From Chromera velia (taxonomy: Eukaryota), in NCBI GenBank assembly GCA_018398765.1, contig JAHBMJ010000183.1:1-54514 (forward strand): a stretch of 54,514 nt of DNA, read 5' to 3'. Both the position numbers and the translations under genes were made by a program. This document shows positions 49,072 to 54,514 of this stretch, in pieces (the first letter of the stretch is position 1; each line of letters starts with the position of its first letter). The notes beneath the pieces were generated by a model that did not search any database, was not told the DNA's origin, and saw nothing but the letters and a program-made list of their open reading frames with translations.

Positions 49072-52000
49072 ATAGGCCTAAGGTTTGAGTACCGTTCAAT
49101 GCTTGGTCCGATTTATTAACTGGTCCGGCTGGCCTAGGGTCCGGCCTAACTGGCTCTAGAACTGGCCTTCCTGCCGGCTTGGCCTAGCCGGGCCAGGCCC
49201 GCCCTAGCGGCCCTGCCCGGCCTTGTCTACCCCCCGGGCCCCCTTCTGGCCGGCAGCCACCTCTGGCTCCCTTGTCTAACCTCATCTACTCTTTAACTCC
49301 ACCGTGCGTCCGGCCTATAACCTAGTCTGGCCCCTAAGTCGGCGCTTTTATGGTTCGCTTTAGGGTTTGCTTGACTCCAATTACCCGGACCCGGCCAGAA
49401 AGCGCAGCCATCAATAGATTAAAACAGTTAAAAACAGTTGTTATTTAGTAAATTAACTTGCTAGACACCCAACTCCGGCTCTTTATTTCTCTTAAGCCGC
49501 GGACGGCGCGCGCCAGCCTGGTTAGGCTTGTCCTAGTGGCGCCGTGCATGCATAGTCCTAGCCATGGTCTCGAAAACAGGTTCAAAACAGGTTCACCAGG
49601 TTCAACAGGTTCAAATCAGGTTCAACAGGTTCACTTTTTCAAATTTGAACCTTTTCTAAATAAACCTTTTCCCAGTCCTAATAGAGATAAATTTAATATA
49701 AATTCTCTAGTTTTTTAAAAAACAAAATGAATAGTTTATCAACTTGATCATCATGAGTCATTGCTAGCTTGATTGGTCGAGTTTTTCACTAGAGTCACCT
49801 CTAGAGTCACCCAACCTAGCACCCAACGCTATATAGGAAGTCTTGTTTACATTTGACTTTGTAGTTTTTTGCAGAGACAAGCGTTGCCTGCGGTCCGAGC
49901 TGACAGCTAAAGAATCAAGCCACTTTTATCCGCCATGCAGTTGTTTGCCCTCACCTCCTTCATCACCTCCCCCTGTCTGTCTCGGCGACGCTGAAAGACC
50001 AAAAGAGATCTTCTGCTTCGATCCGTCTCCAATGCATGCATCAATCGTGCAACACTTTGATCATGTCATGAATCACGCACTGCAATTTGAACACGGGATC
50101 ACAGCAAACATGCATGCATGCAATAAACGAAGCATTAAAATTTACGCACACAATCCCAAAACGTGAACCCCAACAAGAAATGCACATGCAAGATCAATTA
50201 ATTGATCCGTCACTTGAATTGACCCCAAATCATCATGCACTGATCGACGCACCCCCCCTTCAGCTTGCGTACATGCACGCACGCAAAGCAACCGACTCTC
50301 TTCCACGGGAGTGCATGCATGCTTTGCGTGGACGGAGGATGCGTAAGGAAGAAAATGAAAGAAAGTCTCGCGAGCTCGGTGTGTCAATCTCTTTTGAGCT
50401 GAACAATCTACGAAAAAAGGACGTTGAAGAAGGAAACAGCGACGGTGGGAAGGAAGGAAAGAAGGAAGGAAAAAAGGAGGGCAGTGAAGAAGAAAAGAAG
50501 GAAAGAAGGAAGGCAGGAAGGAAGGAAAGAAGCAAGGAACGAAGAAAAGTAGAGGACTGATCGAATGAATTTTTTCTTTCTGTCTCTCAACGAACAAAAA
50601 AGAGAAAAGAAGAGAAGAGAAGGATTACAGGTGAGGCGAGATTGATTGAATGATACACTCACTTGCCTTTTCACTTTAATTACTGATCTCCTTTTTGCCG
50701 CCGTTCTTTCTCGCTGTCTCTCTGTCTGTACGATATGATCTATCTCTTCCTCCCGCCCCCTCTCCGTGCAATTAATGAATTTTGGTCAGCAGATTCTATC
50801 GCTGAGACCATTACAGTGAGAAGGGGAAGAAGGAGACGAAGCACGAGGGCAAGGAAACAAGATCAGTTGGTCGGTGGATTTTGGCGCAGATCGTTTAAGT
50901 CCAAATCCATCCACCGTCGTATGCCTCCGAGATGAAGAAGAAAGGAAGAGCCTGCAGGAATTCGGACTGCCAAGTGACTTGGCGATCTTCTCCCAGTTTC
51001 CTCTGTATGCAGGTCTTCTTCCCTTCCAAAGACCAAACAGATCGACAGGCCAGACAGACAGCTCGACTGACCCTCCTGCTCTGTCCAAAGATACCGAATG
51101 TCTGCATGTTCTCTCTTTCTGTGACTCTCTGCTCCTTTTTGCGTTTGAAAACGGACGTCAGAGGGAGTCCTCTCTCCCCAATTGCGCGCGATTTCCCCAA
51201 ATCAAACAGAAGAGGGCGAGACAATCGGATGACAAGAACAGACACGCAGGCAGGTGGACAGCAGGAATGCCCATGTGAAGAGAGAAAGGCAGGCAGGCAG
51301 GCAGGGAATTCGACTGACAGGACCACAGGCAGGGAAGAAGAACGACAATAAGACGGAGACAGATAGGCACACAACAATGGGGAGGGGGAAAAAAAAAAAA
51401 GCAGTCAATCAATCAATTGACAGAGAAATCAGCCCATCAGTTCGACAAACAAGACCGTCTATCTTCATTTTCCCCATACCTGCTCTTGGTTTCTCTTCAC
51501 ATGAGTGAATCTTCCTGTCTCTCTTTTTCTGCAATTGAGTTGTTCTGCATCCCTCCCCCCCTCCTCCCTTCCTTCTTTCCCACCCCCTGAGTTTGCCTTG
51601 AGCAAGCAAGAAAGAAGAGAGAAAGAAAAAAAGAGAAGCAAAGGGACGCAACTAAGAAAGGAGCTTGCAGGATCGATTCGAGAAAATTCGATTCGAGAGG
51701 ACAAGTTGACAAGGATGAAAGGAGGAATGAAGAAAGGAGGAAAGAAGGAAGATGGAGTGAATGGAATGCACTTGCGAGAGCAGGCAGGAAAGAGGAAGAG
51801 AAATTCCCACTTAGAGCCAGACAGGGGAGGAGAGGGAGAAAGGGAGGGAAGGAGGGAGCACACCAGCAGCAAGACAGCCAAGCCATCACTTTAATTCGCA
51901 TGCCGCCTTTCCTTTCAGTCGCTTCCGTCGACCTTGCAAAGACTACCGGTCAAAACGAAGCTTCTTTTTCACGCCTGTCTCTCCACCTTTGAAAATCGGA

Positions 52001-52619
52001 TTAACGGTAACAGCTGCTCCATGCAAATATGAATGCAGTGAAGCCCTACCTTTTCTTCAAGCGCCCCTTTCACTTTCAGTCCAGAACGCAAGAGAGAATA
52101 AAGATTCAGCTGGCTGCTGTAGATCTAGAATTAAAGACGAACTTAGGGCTTGCCAACAGAGCATGTTGTGTGAGCAGACAAACAAAGGGGAGGGACAAAA
52201 TGACGCTAGGAGACAAAAAATAAAAATGAGACAAGGAACGATTATTCTCAAGCAGAAGGAAAGCTCATGCAAAAAAAAGGCAAAGAAGGGACGGTCGGGC
52301 AAACAAGATGCATGCATCCTCCACTTCTTCCGGAAAGACACACAAGCACCGTCCTCTCTTGAACAAGCTCCGTTTAACCTCTTCTTTCTCCATTCATTCA
52401 TCGAAAGAGAAGGAGAAGAAGACAATTTGTTTTTTTGTTTGTACATTAATCGATTGGTCGAGGACGTCACTCTGCTGTAATCATCCATCCATCCAACCAT
52501 CCATCCCTCCATCCATCAAGTCGATCTACGTGCATGTGTCGATTTATTCCAACCACACAGAACCGCATGTCAGGAAAAGAGCCCCCACAGACTGGCCCCC
52601 GCATTCTCATATTCAAATT

Positions 52620-54295
52620 TTATCGTGGAGGTGGGGGCGTTCTGACAGGGGGGCTTTCGCTGGGCCTCACGGCCCGACTTCCTGTTGAAACCGTACAAGC
52701 AGCAACAGCAACAGGAGGAGGGGGAGAAGAAGAAGAGTGCAACAGAGCTTCGCCACCGACACCCCCGGCAGCATCCCCACCAGAACCCGAACCCCTGAAT
52801 CCCTCAACCCCCCGCGTCTCCATTGCAGGGGGCGAAGCTGTGGCTGCAGAAGAAGCTGCAAAGGAAGAAGACGAGGGGTAGGAAGGGACACAGGTCGACG
52901 CGACAGCTGCACCCCGCAAAATGTTCCTTTCATTCTTCACTTTCTCTTTAACGTTCTCTTCACAAAGCAGCAAATCCTCTTTTCTTCCTGTATCCTTTTC
53001 ATGGGGTGCGAATTGCCCCTCCGAGAGATTTTGCGGTTCTCCTGAAGCATTCGATGCAGGAGGAGGGGAGGAAGAAGACGAAGAACAAAAGGAAGACGAG
53101 GGCACTTCTTTTTCTCCTCTGCACACATCCCCCTCTTCCGTCTCCCTCTCTGTCTTATCACAACCAGAGACAGAGACAGAAAAAGGGACCCCCAACTCTC
53201 CTACACGAGACTGAGCCTCACATTCTGCAGGAACCTGTCTCTCTCCTTCCTCCTCACCGTCCTTCTCCTTCCTCATCCCCCTCTCTCTTCCCTCTGCTTC
53301 CCCGATTCCCTCCACCTCTGGAGACGGCTCCTTTCCCCCCAACGGAGGGGACTCTGAAGGAGAAGAAGACACACACACAGCCGCCCCCCCTTTTCCCTTT
53401 CCGTCTTCGCCTTCCTCTCTTCCACTGGCAGGAAGAGAGTCAGGACCGGAAGAAATCGTGCCGCCAGAGAGCACCGTGAAGACGTCGGACAAAAAGGACA
53501 GGACCTCCTTAGGATCAGACAGGATGTGGGAAGCCGCAGTGGGTCTCTCCTCTCGGGACACCAACACCGACAGCACGTTACTCGAGTGCACTCCCGAAGA
53601 ACTCCTCAAAGCTCTGAATGCGTCTTCGTCTGTCACATCGTCCCCTGCATGCATACGTGCGTGCGTCAATGGATTAATTCAGTGATTCTGTGTACAAGCA
53701 TTGAAGAACGAAATGAGAAGTCGGTCTCGACAAGGGTGGAGGGATCTTTCTTTTCTTTGCTTTCTTTCCCTTGCTTGCTTCCCTCCTGTTGGAGGGATGC
53801 GTCGGATATGATCATTTATTCACCCGTCTTTGTGAGGGGTGTTTTGTCTTTCTTCGGAATCTGCTGGCCTTTTCAGAGTCGTCACGGTAAGGTATCTTCT
53901 GCCGACTCTTGGCTGTCACAGAATAATCTTGTGATTCCGAGAAAGAAATGGAGAAAGGAAGGAAGGACATTTCCTTTCCTGGTTTCTTTGCTCCTTCATT
54001 TCAGGCACAAAACTCGAAACGGTAGAAAGAAATGCATCTTTGTCTGGTTTATCCTTCCCCTCGGATCACCCGTGCACCCACCCACGGACCTGCATATACC
54101 AGAAAGACAGAGTCGTCATAAGCAGAGACCCCGGAGGCCTCCAAGAGCCAGAGGACCGCCCTGCCCTTGTCCCAGTTGACGTTGATGCGCAGTTCGAACA
54201 CACACTTCCCGAAGGACTTCTTCAGACAGGGGTAGCGAGCGATCACCTCGTCAACGCACGACTCCACGAACGGAACTTCTGAAGGATCTACATTT
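52620..54295 (-). CDS. Trehalose-6-phosphate phosphatase (HAD superfamily) domain, 3' part; the 5' exons lie beyond the window
   Basis: Exon 54090-54295 encodes NVDPSEV...YPCLKKSFGKCVFELRINVNWDKGRAVLWLLEASG...VFLVYA. It joins in phase 1 to exon 52620-53644, GDDVTDEDAFRAL...VLVS...TAASHILSDPKEVLSFL. This matches the WDKG / GDDxTDEDAF motifs of TPP/OtsB-type enzymes. Confidence 0.88.
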
Positions 54296-54419
54296 CTGCA
54301 TCATCCACACATCAAGGTGCATGCGTTCATTTTTTCTGTATGAAAATGAATTCGTATGAAAATGAATGGATCTACATTTCCGCTTCATCCACACAATCAT
54401 CCATCAAGGAACGGATTCA

Positions 54420-54442
54420 CCACACACACACACACACACACA

Positions 54443-54514
<72 letters not shown>
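54420..54514. repeat. Intronic (CA)n microsatellite
   Basis: Directly visible. Confidence 0.97.

Larger units (their letters stand above)
47305..49680. mobile_element. Non-autonomous hAT-like DNA transposon carrying nested insertions
   Basis: Left end tagtactaggaaaaggttca versus reverse complement of the right end taggactgggaaaaggttta. The 8-bp flanks are ataaagat (47297-47304) and atagagat (49681-49688). Subterminal (A)GGTTCA repeats occur at both ends. No transposase ORF. Confidence 0.8.

Noticed and set aside
49830..52600. Many overlapping ORFs suggesting another gene
   Set aside because: Purine-rich low-complexity sequence with no domain and no consistent exon chain. It is probably 3' UTR or intergenic DNA downstream of the TPP gene.

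Overview
Eukaryotic, intron-rich genomic DNA with microsatellite-laden GT-AG introns and abundant TGCATG. The style suggests an alveolate such as a chromerid, but that is inference only. Most short ORFs in the track are artefacts of introns and microsatellites. Genes supported by the sequence: a decayed tandem HNH-like nuclease gene (-, ~2.6-3.9 kb); a two-exon, signal-peptide ankyrin gene (+, 6335-7478); a giant multi-exon secreted protein (-, 10214-32649) with a LamG-like region, a CGNG..E.CD module and roughly 18-20 Sushi/CCP modules; a divergently transcribed EGF-GAIN/GPS-multi-TM, polycystin-1-like receptor (+, 33642-44401); and the 3' part of a trehalose-6-phosphate phosphatase (-, 52620 to beyond the window). 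Mobile DNA: a miniature two-LTR element with a 25-bp interior and 4-bp TSD (8517-9459), and a nested hAT/MITE cluster (47305-49680). The most notable signals are near-exclusive C>T/G>A divergence between repeat copies (RIP-like or 5mC-driven), RRL/RxLxE motifs inside a GPS that lacks its HL|T autoproteolysis site, and repeated short tandem duplications straddling splice junctions. No rRNA, tRNA or CRISPR was recognised. Alignments and exon joins were done by eye.
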